Shown: one piece after another, positions 13,546 to 25,871 of the stretch
Layout of the letters: the number at the start of each line of letters is the position of its first letter
How positions within the stretch are numbered: the first letter of the stretch is position 1
Assembly: GCA_964016885.1 (NCBI GenBank)
Contig: OZ024751.1
Coordinates: 13,826,001-13,890,000 of the forward strand
DNA: 64,000 nucleotides
Reading direction: 5' to 3'
Source: Eledone cirrhosa
Taxonomy: Eukaryota
Notes under the pieces: generated by a model
The model's database searches: none
The model's input: only the letters and a program-made list of their open reading frames with translations
Told to the model about the DNA's origin: nothing
Position numbers and translations under genes: made by a program

Positions 13546-14329
13546 TGATTTGGCTGCTATTTTTAGTAGATCGAACGACCACGTTGAGATTTCCTCGTTA
13601 ACCCATGTTCGAGAGTTCAGAAATAATAAGTGAACATTACAATCGCATATGCATAACTGTTTTTATCCATTAATAACTAGGTTTGTATTTACTTATGTAA
13701 TATATATTTCTATGTATCTTGCATGTTACTTGATCATTTGAATTTTTTTTAAAGATGATATAAGGGAAGTAACTGTTACATAGTCAGGACGTTTTTACCT
13801 CCCTTTAAAGAAATTTTGTGAAGTTCAAATTTCTTTCTATGGCCCTTCTAACCGCGGTTTCAATAATGGTTTCTGCTTTAGGCACAAGGCCAGAAATTTT
13901 GGAGGAGAGGAAAGCCTATTAAATCGACCCCGTAAGAATGGAAGGCAAAGCTAACATCGGCAGGATTTGAACACAGAACATAAAGGGCCGTAACTCGACG
14001 CAGTGTGTCCAACGCTCTACAGATACTGCCAATAAAATAATGCAAATAAATGTTGAAAACCTTTAATCTGAGGAGTATGTCCCCTCTTTCCTCAAATTGC
14101 ATTTCAGGAGTCTTTTCAGGCAGATTTTAAAAAATAACTGGGAAATTTCTAGCAAGCGGCTATTTAATCTGAGACATGAAACTAAAATAATTACACTGTA
14201 CAAAAGACTCTTTAGTCCTTTGAATAACTAAAACTAACTATCTATCTACAAGTCTGTAATGCCAGGGCTGTAATATCGATACGGAGAAGTAGCAACTTCC
14301 TGATCTAGTTATGCACCCTATCAAGTAAT

Positions 14330-14800
14330 GTTATTCAAAAGGCCTTTCAGGGAGACTCCATTCACGATTGTGTTCTTTCACTCATTATCCAACAGTGGTG
14401 AACATGATCAATGTTTTCCTCTGTGGTGGCAGTTACAGGATGTCCAGACCTTGGGTCATCTTCAAGATTCTCCCTTCTAAATTAGCTGCCCACTTTTGCA
14501 CTGTTGATAATGCTGGAGTGTCATCCCCTAATGTAGCAACCATGTCAACATGAATGTCCTTGGGGGCTAAACCCCTTTTCCTACAGGTACTTAATAACAC
14601 TACAATGCCAAATTTTGTCCATTTTCAAGAGAAGTTGCTACTAGTTACATTTGAAGTCTTCTTTGAGTAGTCAGATGTCAGTTTAACTGGAAAAAAAACA
14701 ATGTACTTATTAAGAAAAAGTGCTGAAATTAATGCATGCAAAATTTCACAGCTCTAGCATCACTCTTTCATAGTCAGTTTATGAACTTTTCAGTGCCCCC
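14330..14800 (-). mobile_element. Decayed mariner transposase 5' fragment
   Basis: Minus strand reads ...LEDDPRSGHPVTATTEENIDHV, a mariner HTH-linker motif (DxxRSGRP); stops and frameshifts present. Confidence 0.65.
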
Positions 14801-14994
14801 GCTTTCTGTCAATCAGAAGGAAACAAACATTAGATTTTGGTTCTTATATAAAATTATGTTGGAAAGATACACGGTAGCCTTTTATGTCATAGGCAGTAAA
14901 GAATTGGTCAGTGTAAAACATTGCTTCAAAACGTCCTGTCCAACCCATGCCTACATCGAAAAGTCAACATAAAAACGACACTGATTTTGATGGC

Positions 14995-17500
14995 TATGAT
15001 GGAATCCATGGAGGCTATGGGTTTGGTTCTAGAAATGAGGAAGGCTTCAGAATCCTGGAATTCTGTGACACTAATAACCTAACTATCTGTAACACAAACT
15101 TCAAAATATGAGACAATCACTTGATCACCTATAGATCAGCGGAACACGCCAGCAAGATAGATTATATCCTTACTAGAAGACGTGACAGAGTGTCTGTTGT
15201 AAACACTAAGCCCCCGTGAAGAATGCACCTCCCAACATAGCCTAGTAGTTAGTGACCTCATAGTCAGGAATAGACGTACTCGACAGAGGAGGACTACCTT
15301 GAGGAGAAGAATATGGAAGTTGAAGGAACCCACAGCCAGTGACAAATTTAAAAGCTTATAACTTGATGCTTTTGACAGTAAGGAAGACCAATTAGAGACG
15401 TACAATATAGAGGAACAGTGGGAATTTTTGAAAGTTAACATGCTGAAGGCAACAGATGAAATCTGTGGCTGGAGCAGACCTATAGGCAGGAAGAGAGTAA
15501 CTTGGTGGTGGAGGAGTCAATCAAGGCGAAAAAGCAGGCTTGGAAAGTATGGTGGGATGGGGGAAGTAGAGACAAGTGTACCTTGCAAGAAGGGAAGCAG
15601 AGGATAGAAAGTTCAAGCATGTTCTACAATGTGAGGTGTTCAGGATTACAAAACAATGTCTCAAGGAAAACCGTGATATTGTCAGGGAGAAGTGTGTCCA
15701 TAATGATGATGGTGTACTTGCCCTCACTGATACTGATAAGAAGGTAGCTTGGAAGTGTCACTACGAGAGACTACTAAATGAGGAGAATAAATGGGAAAAA
15801 GATAGTCTGCCCAAATCGATCCAATAGAAGGACCAGCAGGGCAAGTTAATGGTTGTATAATAAGTAAGGCAATCAAAGATATGAAGACAGGCAAGGCAGC
15901 TGGGCCTTCGGAGATAGTTGCTGAGATGATGAAAGCATCTGGAATGATGGGACATACTATGGTCACCCAGATAGCAAACCAAGTAATACAGAATGGGGTC
16001 ATACTAAAGGACTGGCATAGCAGCAGCATCGTTTACTGTTACAAGGGTGAAGGAGATGCTCTAGATAGGGGAAACTATAGAGGTATTAAGTTAGTTAAAC
16101 CAGGTCATGAAGGTCACAGAAAGGGCTATAGCACAACTAATCAGAGATTGAATTGATCTAGATGAAATGCAGTTTGGGTTTGTGTCAGATAAAAGTACCA
16201 CAGATGCTCTTTCCTTGTACGGCAACTACAGAAGTACCTAGTTAAAAGTAAACCCGTCTACTTAGCTCTTGTTGACTTGGAGAAAGCCTTTGACAGAGTC
16301 CCACACTCCATTATCTGGTGGGCCCTTAAAAAGCTAGGAGTAGATGAATGGCTTGTGAGAGCTATACAAGCCATATATAAAGATACAGTCAGTCAGGTTA
16401 GAATTAACAATGAATATAGTAAAGAATTTAGCGTAAAAGTCAGTGTTCATCAAGGCTCTGTCCTTACCCCCCCCCCCCCTCCTGGTTATTATTGCCGTTC
16501 AGGCTATAACAGAGGAGTTTAAGACTGGCTGCTCGTGGGAACTTCTATATGCAGATGATCTAATGCTCATAGCTGAATCTATGGCTGAACTAGAGAAGAA
16601 ATTCCAAACATGGAAGCATGGCCTAGAATCAAAAGGCCTTAAAGTTAACTTGTCTAAGACTAAAGTTCTAGTATGTAGAAAGGAAAATAGGACACAGCTG
16701 CCCTCTGGGAAATGGCCATGCTCAGTATGTAGGAAAGCAGTAGGTAGAAATTCCATTCTATATCACAAATGCAAACTATGGCTACATAAAAGATGTGGGA
16801 TCACAGGCAAGCTATCTAAGAAGGTAGGTTTTATATGTGGCCAATGCTCAGGTGCAATAAGTAGCAAGTGCCCACGGGATACTAGCTCCTACTGTCCAGA
16901 TGGTGAAGTTAGTGTATAGAAATAGTGGATACTTTCCGTTACCTGGTTGACAAAATCAGCATTGGTGGTGGGTGTTCTGAAAGTACAGTAGCCAGAGTTA
17001 GAACGAGATGGAAAAAGTTCAGAGAGCTTATACTGCTGTTGGCCACAAAAGGTTTCTCTCAGAAAATGAAAAGCAGATTGTATGATGCTTGTAAACGAAC
17101 AGCAATGTTACGTGGCAGTAAGACATGAGCATTACGTGCAGACTGGAACGAAACATGCATGCTCCGTTGGATGTGTAATAGTAATATACACGAACGGCAA
17201 AACATAAATGAACTAAGTGAGAAATTAGGAATCAGAGGGATCAGATGATGTTTACTCGAGAGAAGATTACGTTGGTACGGTTGCGTGATGCACATAAAAG
17301 ACGACAGCTGTATAAAACAGTGCAGGGCGATCAAAATTGATGGAAGTTACGGAGTAGGTAAACCCAGAAAAACCTGGGACGACATGATAAAGTCCGACCT
17401 TGCACACTTGCACCTCTCTAAGACAATGTCACTGGATCGATATCTTTGGCGCTACGCATTATTACAGATGACCTGCCTTCCCCACGTGCAAAGTTAACCT
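14995..17500 (+). mobile_element. RTE-clade LINE, decayed ORF (endonuclease end, RT, Cys-rich insert)
   Basis: GGYGFGSRNEEG, KTGKAAGPSE, RGNYRGIKL, DLEKAFDRVP, VHQGS, LLYADDL, GKPRKTW across frameshifts. Confidence 0.92.
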
Positions 17501-17708
17501 ACAGTTAGTAGGCCCTTCCAAACCAACCCACTACCCCTACTCCATCCTCCCACTCCCGCCAACACCACCCTTTCTCAAGTTATGTTGGTACCACAACATC
17601 CAGTCCAAACTAATGAGATCGTGTAGATGTCACAACAAAAATACACACAGCCCATGCTGTAATGTGGCCGTGTAGGTAACATGGTTGGTGTTAGGAAGGG
17701 CATCCAAG

Positions 17709-18224
17709 GTAAGAGTAATGAGTTCAGTGGTGAAGTTAGTGTACAGGTAAGAGTAATGAGTTCAGTGGTGAAGTTAGTGTACAGGTAAGAGTAATGAGTT
17801 CAGTGGTGAAGTTAGTGTACAGGTAAGAGTAATGAGTTCAGTGGTGAATTTAGTGTACAGGTAAGAGACAGTAATGAGATCATTGGTAAAGTTAGTTTAC
17901 AGGTAAGAGACAGTAATGAGATCATTGGTGAAGTTAGTGTACAGGTAAGAGTAATGAGTTCAGTGGTGAAGTTAGTGTACAGGTAAGAGTAATGAGTTCA
18001 GTGGTGAAGTTAGTGTACAGGTAAGAGTAATGAGTTCATTGGGGAATTTAGTGTACAGGTAAGAGATAGTAATGAGATCATTGGTGAAGTTAGTTTACAG
18101 GTAAGAGATTGTAATGAGTTCAATGGTGAAGTTAGTGTACAGGTAACAGTTAGTAATGAGTTCAGTGGTGAAGTTAGTATACAGGTAAGAGTTAGTAATG
18201 AGTTCAGTCTGTGTACAGGTAAGT
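17709..18224 (+). repeat. Minisatellite, about 13 units of 38 or 42 bp
   Basis: Unit gtaagag(atag)taatgagttcagtggtgaagttagtgtacag; starts at 17709, 17747, 17785, 17823, 17861, 17903, 17945 and onward. Confidence 0.95.
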
Positions 18225-18899
18225 AACTATTCTTAAATAATTTCTGTTTATTATAGTTCTCCAGACTATAACCCTTTACCATTTACATTACTCTATATAT
18301 ACTATTATATTTTCATGGTAAAGGTTTTATCACACATAATATAGAATCTATGAGATTTTGATATTATTTATTGAGAATAATACCCTAACACCAGTATGAG
18401 TGACCGGTCTCAGCCGGTTTGAACAGAAAGAGGTGAGAGAATTCTGGCTGGATATGACTAAAAGGCTAAAACCAGCTGTCTGAGAGGACTGCTGTAAGCC
18501 AACAACCTAATTTTCATAGTTGAAATAGCTATGGTACTGGCTTCAACATTTACAACCATGTCTCACATCCTCAGCCTGATATATACTAAGGGTATCATGA
18601 TGGTGACCACCACCACAGACTATTGGAATACCTTCACTTCTGTAATTTTAACTTCATCAGATTCCAATGTACTCTCTCTCTCTCTCCTTCCTTTCTTCAA
18701 TATCTGAAAATCCTACATTTAGTTCTCGTTGCAAATATCTAGTAAGAAGTGACTGAAAGAGTTGGCATCACAAAGAGAATCCAGCTGTAAAACATTTTCT
18801 CCAAACAACCTGTCCAACCCATGTCGGAATAGAAACAGTCAACAGAAAAACAACAATGATGAATCTGCTGCAGATTTTGAAAAGAAACACTGTGTGTAG

Positions 18900-19480
18900 A
18901 AGCAAAGCCCAGAATCAGGACCCATCAAAATAAACTACAAAGAACCTATGACTCTACTACTATGTAGGAACTGGTAATGTTTGACATGCAGGAAAGGAGT
19001 AGATAGGAATTTTATAACCCCATACAGTGTCCCAGTGTAAACTAAAGATGTACAAATGGTGTAGGAAAATCTCAGGCAAGCTCACAGCCCAGAATCAGGG
19101 GCCATCAAAATAAACTGCAAAGAACCTAGGATTCTAATGCTATGTAGGAAGTGTTCATGCAAAAAAATAGTGGATAGGAATTGTATAATTCTATAAACCA
19201 GGGTGTCCCAAACTTTTTCAAATGCGGAACTCTTTTAGGGGAAGAACCCCAAAGTCTAATACAGTTATATGGTCATAATATAAATATACTCCTCTACCTT
19301 TTTTCATGGAATCCACTTTGGGAACCACTGCTATAAGGTGTCCCAGTGTAAACTATGGATGTACAAGTGGTGTGGTAAAATCTTAGTCCAAAATCAGGGA
19401 CCATCAAAATAAACTTCAAAGAACCTAGGACTCTATGTACATGTGGTGTAGTAAAATCTCAGGCAAGCTGACAGTGATAT
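18900..19480. repeat. Three diverged ~180 bp tandem units
   Basis: cagaatcagggaccatcaaaataaact..aaagaacctaggactcta recurs near 18910, 19090 and 19390. Confidence 0.75.
19199..19330. mobile_element. hAT-type MITE inserted in the tandem repeat
   Basis: Ends CAGGGTGTCCCAAAC and CTTTGGGAACCACTG; flanks ctataaac/ctataagg resemble a decayed 8-bp target-site duplication. Confidence 0.6.
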
Positions 19481-19790
19481 GAGAGTAGTTATTAGCCAGG
19501 ACACTGATAAGAGGAATTCTTTCAATTATTTGAAACGATCCATAGTAGTTGATAGCTTCTGTTACTTCAGTGATCTAATTAACAATGAAGGTAGGAGTTA
19601 TCAAAGCAGACTATGTAACCACATCTAACCAATGTAAGCATGGGAAATAGACTTTCAATGGTAAATATGATGATGATGATGACTATGGTATATCATAGTT
19701 AGTAGACTCATGTGGGGGATATTAAGGTCTCTGACTCATGTGTAGATGGTAGCACTATGGATAAAATAGTTTATGCACAACACAGCATAC

Positions 19791-19991
19791 TAGGGTCAGC
19801 TGAAAATTTCAAAGGCTGACTATGAAGGAGTGATGCTAGAGCTGTGAAATCTTGCATGCATTCATTTCAACTCTTCTTATTAACAACTGCATTGTTTCTG
19901 TCCAGAGACTATGTTGAAAAAAATAAACTCCATGTAGTCATTCCATGAGAGTATCTTGGTCAGCCTATGAACTTTTCAGCCAAATCTTGTA
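19791..19991. mobile_element. Mariner-type MITE
   Basis: Inverted ends gggtcagctgaaaatttcaaaggctgac / gtcagcctatgaacttttcagcc, TA at the flanks. Confidence 0.55.
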
Positions 19992-20869
19992 TATTAAAAA
20001 ATCTAATGTAGATTTACTGTAAATATAACTGTAGTCTCTTGCTGTGTGAAGGTAAACAAATGTGAAAACCATTCTGTTATTCTCTTCATACACAGAAAAA
20101 CAAGATTCCCATGAGATGTTTCACAGGTTGTTAACCAATCATCAGAAGACAAGCATCTTCGTCTTTCCATCGACGAAATCTTCTTTTCTTTCTCAGCCAC
20201 CACGCTCCAGATATAGTGATAATGAAAGAGGTTTGCTTGCTATGTCTAGGAATTTGAAAACTACACTGTAATATGGCATGATAGGAACTTCAAACAACAA
20301 AGAACTTATTTAAAATCCCATCCTATTAATTTTATGGAGTTATCTAGTCAATGGGTTTAGCTGTCTGCATTCAACAGCAACCACTGTTTAATGGTTGCCT
20401 CCACTCTTTTTTCTTTTATTATTGCAAACAAAATAGTTTAATTCAAATTTTTTCAAGGAAATATGTATTAAGAATATAAAGATCTTGAGTTAGCAGCCAG
20501 AAAGAGCTGGTGACCTTTAAATACACTCAGTGTCATGGTGACATGTAATAGCTGATAATACATTACAGAATAATACAGTACAGAAACTGGCGATGTTTTT
20601 GGTCCATATCACTCCTAATTACTGCTACAAGGGCAAAAGTCCAGAGCCAACACATGAATATTTAACACTCTTTAGACTACCTGTGGGAGCCCCTACATGG
20701 ACACACTAGAAGGGGAAGACCAAGGTTAACGTATGTTGATGCCCTAAGGACAAACACTGGTCTGTTGGAGACGCAGGACATGGCAGCGATAATGAGGGAC
20801 AGAGACCGCTGGAGAGAACTCATTCATGGATCTCGGGAATTTTACCTGCTTAGATAGATTTAGACTACC

Positions 20870-21480
20870 TCTTGAGCAAATTGCTCAAGTTACAGAGTTT
20901 GTATATCTCGGTCACAAACTATCATCAAACAACAATGGAATGGTTGCTGCTCCAGGTTGGGCAGCTTTCAACAAGAACAAGGAAGTACTAACATCAAAAT
21001 AAGTTTACTATCATTTGAAGGCTAAGATCTTTGATACTTACATCCTACCAGTTGTGTTATATGGTCTTGACTATGTTAATTGGATGACAAGGTCACTTCA
21101 GAAGCTCTCTACATTCCAGAACTACATCATGAGACTTATCACTGGCAAGCAGCTCAGCGACTGTGTTTGTATCAGTGAGCTGCTCAACATTACCAGACTT
21201 AGACCAATTACATCAATTGTCAAGAGTACTCAAACTATACAGCCATATAAAAAGATCAACTCGTGATGTGAGTAGGTTATGCCTGGAAGGAAGGTTGGCT
21301 GGTAAGAGAAGCAGAGGCTGGCAGCCAAAACGATGGATTGATAATGTCAACTTATGGACTGGACTTGATCTTTGCTCTTTAAACTCTGCTGCTGGTGATC
21401 GAACTTTGTGGAGAAAAATATCTCATGTTGATGCGCAGTCTGCAACTGGCGGAGTTTAGCATCAAAGTAGTAGTAGTAGG
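20870..21480 (+). mobile_element. 5'-truncated RTE-like LINE
   Basis: EFVYLG, KAKIFDTYILPVVLYG, GKRSRGWQPKRWIDNV; (TAG)n tail. Confidence 0.75.
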
Positions 21481-22166
21481 CTACCTCTAAAGTGTGCAAT
21501 CCTTCTTTTTCTTCTTTGCCCACTTGTTCCTGAGAGGGTCATGGGGGAAGAATCCTCAAACACTCCTTCCAGTAGGTCCTCTCAGAAGCAACTGTCTACA
21601 ACTGATTCAGCTGGACTTATAGGTGTTATTCAGCCAAACTTATAGGTGTTATCCAACCATCTTGCTCGGGGTCTACCCCTGGGTCTCCTCCTGGTTGATT
21701 TTTGCCTGTAAAATCTGTCCAGTGATTCTTTCCTGAGACATTCTAACTACATGCTCATAGTATCATAACTGTGATCTCTCAATTCGGAGAAGTAGCATAT
21801 TTCCTTGATAAAGTACCAATATAGTCCTTACACTCTCTCTGTGTCTCTCTTTGAGGTCAACTTTGTCTTTCATCTTTTTGAGGGTGATAAAGTACCAGTC
21901 TAGTACTCTCTCTCTCTCTCTGTCTCCTTCCCTGAAAGAAATAATCTACATGTTCAAACCTTGAGAGAGATAGTCTCCCTTTGCCAGTTTTAAAATGCCC
22001 AATACACTATGTATGTAATGATGAGAGAACCCTTACGACTTTATCTAGAGTTACGGGTCCATCATTACATGCTCTCGAGTCCCAAATAATAGAGGAATAA
22101 GCGGGAGCGAGAGGTAGGAAATCGGTAATTGTTCTAGGTTTGTCTCCGTCGTTTCACCAGATATAT

Positions 22167-22515
22167 GGAGGCACATGGCTTAGTGGTTAGAGCATTGGCC
22201 TTGCAATCGAAAGGTTGTGAGTTCAATTCTCAGACCGGGTGATGTGTTGTTTCCTTGAGCAAGACATTTTATTTCACATTGCTCCAGTTTACTCAGCTGT
22301 AGAAGTGAGATGATAGGGACTGGTGTCCCCTATCATTCCACTGCAAAGTGGTCGTGAAGGTGCCATGGCAAAAAAGCACCCTGCACTCACTGTAAATGAG
22401 GTTGGTGTTAGGAAGGGCATCCAGCTGTAGAAATCAAGCCAGAATCAGTTCCCGTCCCACCCTTGCAAGCAGGGAAAAAGTGGACGTAAAATGAAATGAT
22501 GATGATGATGATGAT
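22167..22515 (+). mobile_element. tRNA-derived SINE, family B
   Basis: A box TGGCTTAGTGG, B box GAGTTCAATTC, tail ggtgttaggaagggcatccagctgtag...(GAT)n. Confidence 0.8.
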
Positions 22516-22518
22516 AGA

Positions 22519-23305
22519 TAACAACAACGAAACTAGTTCAATATTCCTTGTCTGGCTTTCTGGAGAATAGAGGAAAGGTGTTTCCTCAAAAACCAGTATG
22601 ACTCTAAAAACCGGTTTGTCTGTGTGTTTACATACAGAATAGCTGGATACTCACAGTAAAGTAACCAGTGAAAGACTTGGTACATCTACATATGTATACG
22701 TGTGTGTATTCATATGCATACTAATATTTCAGTATGCATATGTAGATGTACATTTTTAACTTAATTGTTTAAGCGTCAGTCATACAAAAGTGAGTTACAA
22801 ACGAAACGAAATTTAATTTCGTTTCGTTATTTGTTTTTATCGTCTCCGTTGAACCGGTACGTACTCACACTCTATGCAAATTAGTCTGCCCACTACTAAT
22901 TTTCATAGAAAAAGCATATAACGATATGTGCTTTTACGATTCTCCAGAAAGGCCGGTAGATAGGTAAATATTGCTGATGAGTTGTAACAACAACGAAACT
23001 AGTTCAATATTCCTTGTCTGGCTTTCTGGAGAATAGAGGAAAGGTGTTTCCTCAAAAACCAGTATGACTCTAAAAACCGGTTTGTCTGTGTGTTTACATA
23101 CAGAATAGCTGGATACTCACAGTAAAGTAACCAGTGAAAGACTTGGTACATCTACATATGTATACGTGTGTGTATTCATATGCATACTAATAATTCAGTA
23201 TGCATATGTAGATGTACATTTTTAACTTAATTGTTTAAGCGTCAGTCATACAAAAGTGAGTTACAAACGAAACGAAATTTAATTTCGTTTCGTTATTTGT
23301 TTTTA
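22519..23305 (+). repeat. ~320 bp direct repeat (22519-22840 / 22985-23305), pseudo-LTR-like, carrying a hammerhead
   Basis: Near-identical copies; the first copy begins inside hammerhead stem II. Confidence 0.85.
22968..23010 (+). ncRNA. Type I minimal hammerhead ribozyme
   Basis: ATATTG CTGATGA gttg taacaa caac GAAA ctag TT CAATAT; intact core, palindromic stem III. Confidence 0.88.
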
Positions 23306-23373
23306 TATATATATATATAATTGAAAAAGTGAAGTATAACATGGTCAACAGTATAAAGAAGGAAATTTATTTA

Positions 23374-23483
23374 CAGTCTAACAATTGTTTCTATGATGGA
23401 GTTGTCTAAAAATTGCTAAACACTGAAGTTAGTGACACTCAATTTAAAATACATGCAACCTCCATCATTTTATCAGAGAACTG
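23374..23483 (-). ncRNA. Degenerate hammerhead with long stem II
   Basis: cagttct CTGATAA aatgatggaggttg...caactccatcata GAAA caattg TT agactg; core G8 is mutated. Confidence 0.55.
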
Positions 23484-23599
23484 AGAAAACATCATCGCAA
23501 CCGAACACACGCCCGAGCACACCACCACAATACATCAACAAACCTAATTCGCAGCCCATACATAACAATCTACAAAGTCATATAGTAGAACCGGCGCAT

Positions 23600-23761
23600 A
23601 GGAAAGCATCTTTATGCAACTACCAATTACCTGACAAATGCCCTCTACTAAACAGATGCCTGGAGAAAAATGTAGTATACCTGTGTACTATAAATTCAGG
23701 TAGCTTGGCATGGTATTACATTGGTTCCACAGCTGGTGATTTTAAAAACCGGTGGTACTAG
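23600..23761 (+). pseudogene. Penelope-like GIY-YIG endonuclease fragment (family 1)
   Basis: CNYQLPDKCPLLNRCLEKNVVYLC...YYIGSTAGDFKNRWY. Confidence 0.8.
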
Positions 23762-24295
23762 GGCATTTTTAAACCTGGTGGAACCCAACCCTCTCCAGGT
23801 CTGAACACAGTCGATTTTTTTTTTCTAAAGAGGAAGAATCGACCCCGGTACTGGACTGGTACTTTTTTTTTATCGACCTCGAAAGGATGAAAGGCAAAGT
23901 TGACCCCGGCGGGATTTGAACTCATAGCGCACAACGAGGCGGGACAAATACCGTAAAGCATTCTATCCAACGTCTTAACGACTCTGCCAATTCGCCGCCT
24001 TATATACAAATACATAGGCATGATGACGCCTGTTACACCCATACTGGAGATGAGTGTGGTTGTTGTTTTATTAAGAGAGTCGGAGTAAAAGGAGGTCTTT
24101 CAATTGAATTTATTGTAGATGTGTTAAGTTTATGATGGGTGGGATTGATTGTAGTTGTGTTTTATGGTTTGTTTGAGTTGGAGGTTTGCATTGGTTTCGT
24201 TTAGATGTGTTTACGTTCTACTTAAGTCGAGTGACGGTCTTAGTTATTCGCGCGCGCACACACCTGTTGAAATGGCCGTCGTGTCTCGACTCTTT

Positions 24296-24327
<32 letters not shown>

Positions 24328-24569
24328 ATTGAATAAACAAGACAAGAGAGATGAACACTAATATAAACATACATGTGTTCGAATCGTAAGCTATCTGTAT
24401 TCTTCAAACCACTCTCTCCCATTTCTCCGATCCCTACATCTCTCTCTCTCTCTCTCTCTCTCTTCTTCTTCTTCTTCTTCTTCTTCTTCTTTCTCTCTTC
24501 CTTTTTCTACTCTATCTTCCCCAATAACTTCCTTTAAGAAATACAAGGATATTTACATTTTAACCATTC

Positions 24570-24689
24570 TGCTCTGAGGATACGGTAGAAGAAGCAGCAT
24601 TTGAAAATTGAGTTTCTGCAAATAAATAACTACCAATTTGCACATAGCATGACTAGGCTGTATAACTACTGTTGAAACATTTGTACGCA
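24570..24689 (+). ncRNA. Hammerhead with ~90 nt stem II domain
   Basis: tgct CTGAGGA tacggtag...ctactgtt GAAA catttg TA cgca; first stem I pair is mismatched. Confidence 0.55.
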
Positions 24690-25061
24690 CTCGGAATAAA
24701 TTACCTTTTTATGATGTCTACCTGTTTTATTATTCATTCTTTATGTACACTCCGGAATACAGAAGGATCATAAACTGAGTTTCTTTAACTATTTTTCCAT
24801 AACTCGTTGAGTAACCCCTCACCGTACGTCAACTCTATCTAGTTTAACCATTACTGCATTCAGGATAATCCTAAGCATTTCTTGCATAACCTAATATATA
24901 TATATACATATATCTATCTTTCTATATATATAATTGGTGTGGGATGCTTAAAGCGTCCGTATGCGGTAGGCCGTTTGAGCAATCGATGTTCTTACAGAGC
25001 CGAGTATAATATCACATAAGAAACGGAGAATCAGTGGTACGACGAATTAAAATTTATTAAA

Positions 25062-25152
25062 CATATTACAATCGTTTCTCTGGCGACCAGCTCGAGGCAC
25101 GATCGATACGATGATCGAACCTGACTCAGAAATCGCAAGATCCTCAGATACG
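25062..25152 (-). ncRNA. Hammerhead with extended stem II; decayed relatives near 3885-3975 and 52660-52750
   Basis: cgtat CTGAGGA tcttgcga...tcgccaga GAAA cgattg TA atatg. Confidence 0.65.
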
Positions 25153-25205
25153 TCTCGATCTTTCGAAGCAGAGTTTCCAAAATCTTTTGGAAACTCTGCT
25201 TCGAA

Positions 25206-25247
<42 letters not shown>

Positions 25248-25416
25248 AAGAATTTATATCTAGTAACATATATATACATACAAATGCATATCGATGCTAG
25301 CAAATATATAGGTTTTGTCTTAATAACATTGTGGTTCAATGCATGGGGTTGCAGAACAATAATATAAGAGACGTAAGATTATAAAATTATAAAATTAACT
25401 TACTTACTAAAATATC

Positions 25417-25498
25417 ACTTCCAACTAATTAGTTTCTGGAATGGAGTAGATACATCTTCCGAAGAAGGTGTAGAGAAACATCCCGTCATCAGGAAAGT
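25417..25498 (-). ncRNA. Hammerhead with extended stem II capped by cUUCGg
   Basis: actttc CTGATGA cgggatg...tacaccttcTTCGgaagatgta...cattcca GAAA ctaattag TT ggaagt. Confidence 0.75.
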
Positions 25499-25771
25499 CT
25501 ATTCTCATATAAGTTTCCAGGCAAAGCGAGGACTCTGGAAGCTTATTAAAAAATAAATCAGTGAAAAGGAAATAGCAAAGCGTGGACTTACTTCCTAGCC
25601 ATTGAGAAAATCACTGCCTCTGTGTCTGTGGCAAATTCAAAAAGAATCGAACACGTGACATCGAGGTCAATCGGTGGAGAGTGGGTTGTTAATAAGACAG
25701 CGGCCAGCCTACTACCGTAGCAGCAGTCATGGCCAGTATTGCTCAGTATTGTGAGGTGTTCACGGGGACAA

Positions 25772-25806
<35 letters not shown>

Positions 25807-25871
25807 ATACTTGGGGAGGGTCATATTTGTGTAATATTGCCAGAATTAATAACAGAACACACTCATATATA

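Noticed and set aside
17709-18224. CRISPR-like periodicity (also 61398-62568 and 8755-9440)
   Set aside because: Units are contiguous with no unique spacers, no cas genes, eukaryotic context.
22167-22240. tRNA gene
   Set aside because: A and B boxes are present but there is no clean cloverleaf, and it runs into a SINE body and tail.
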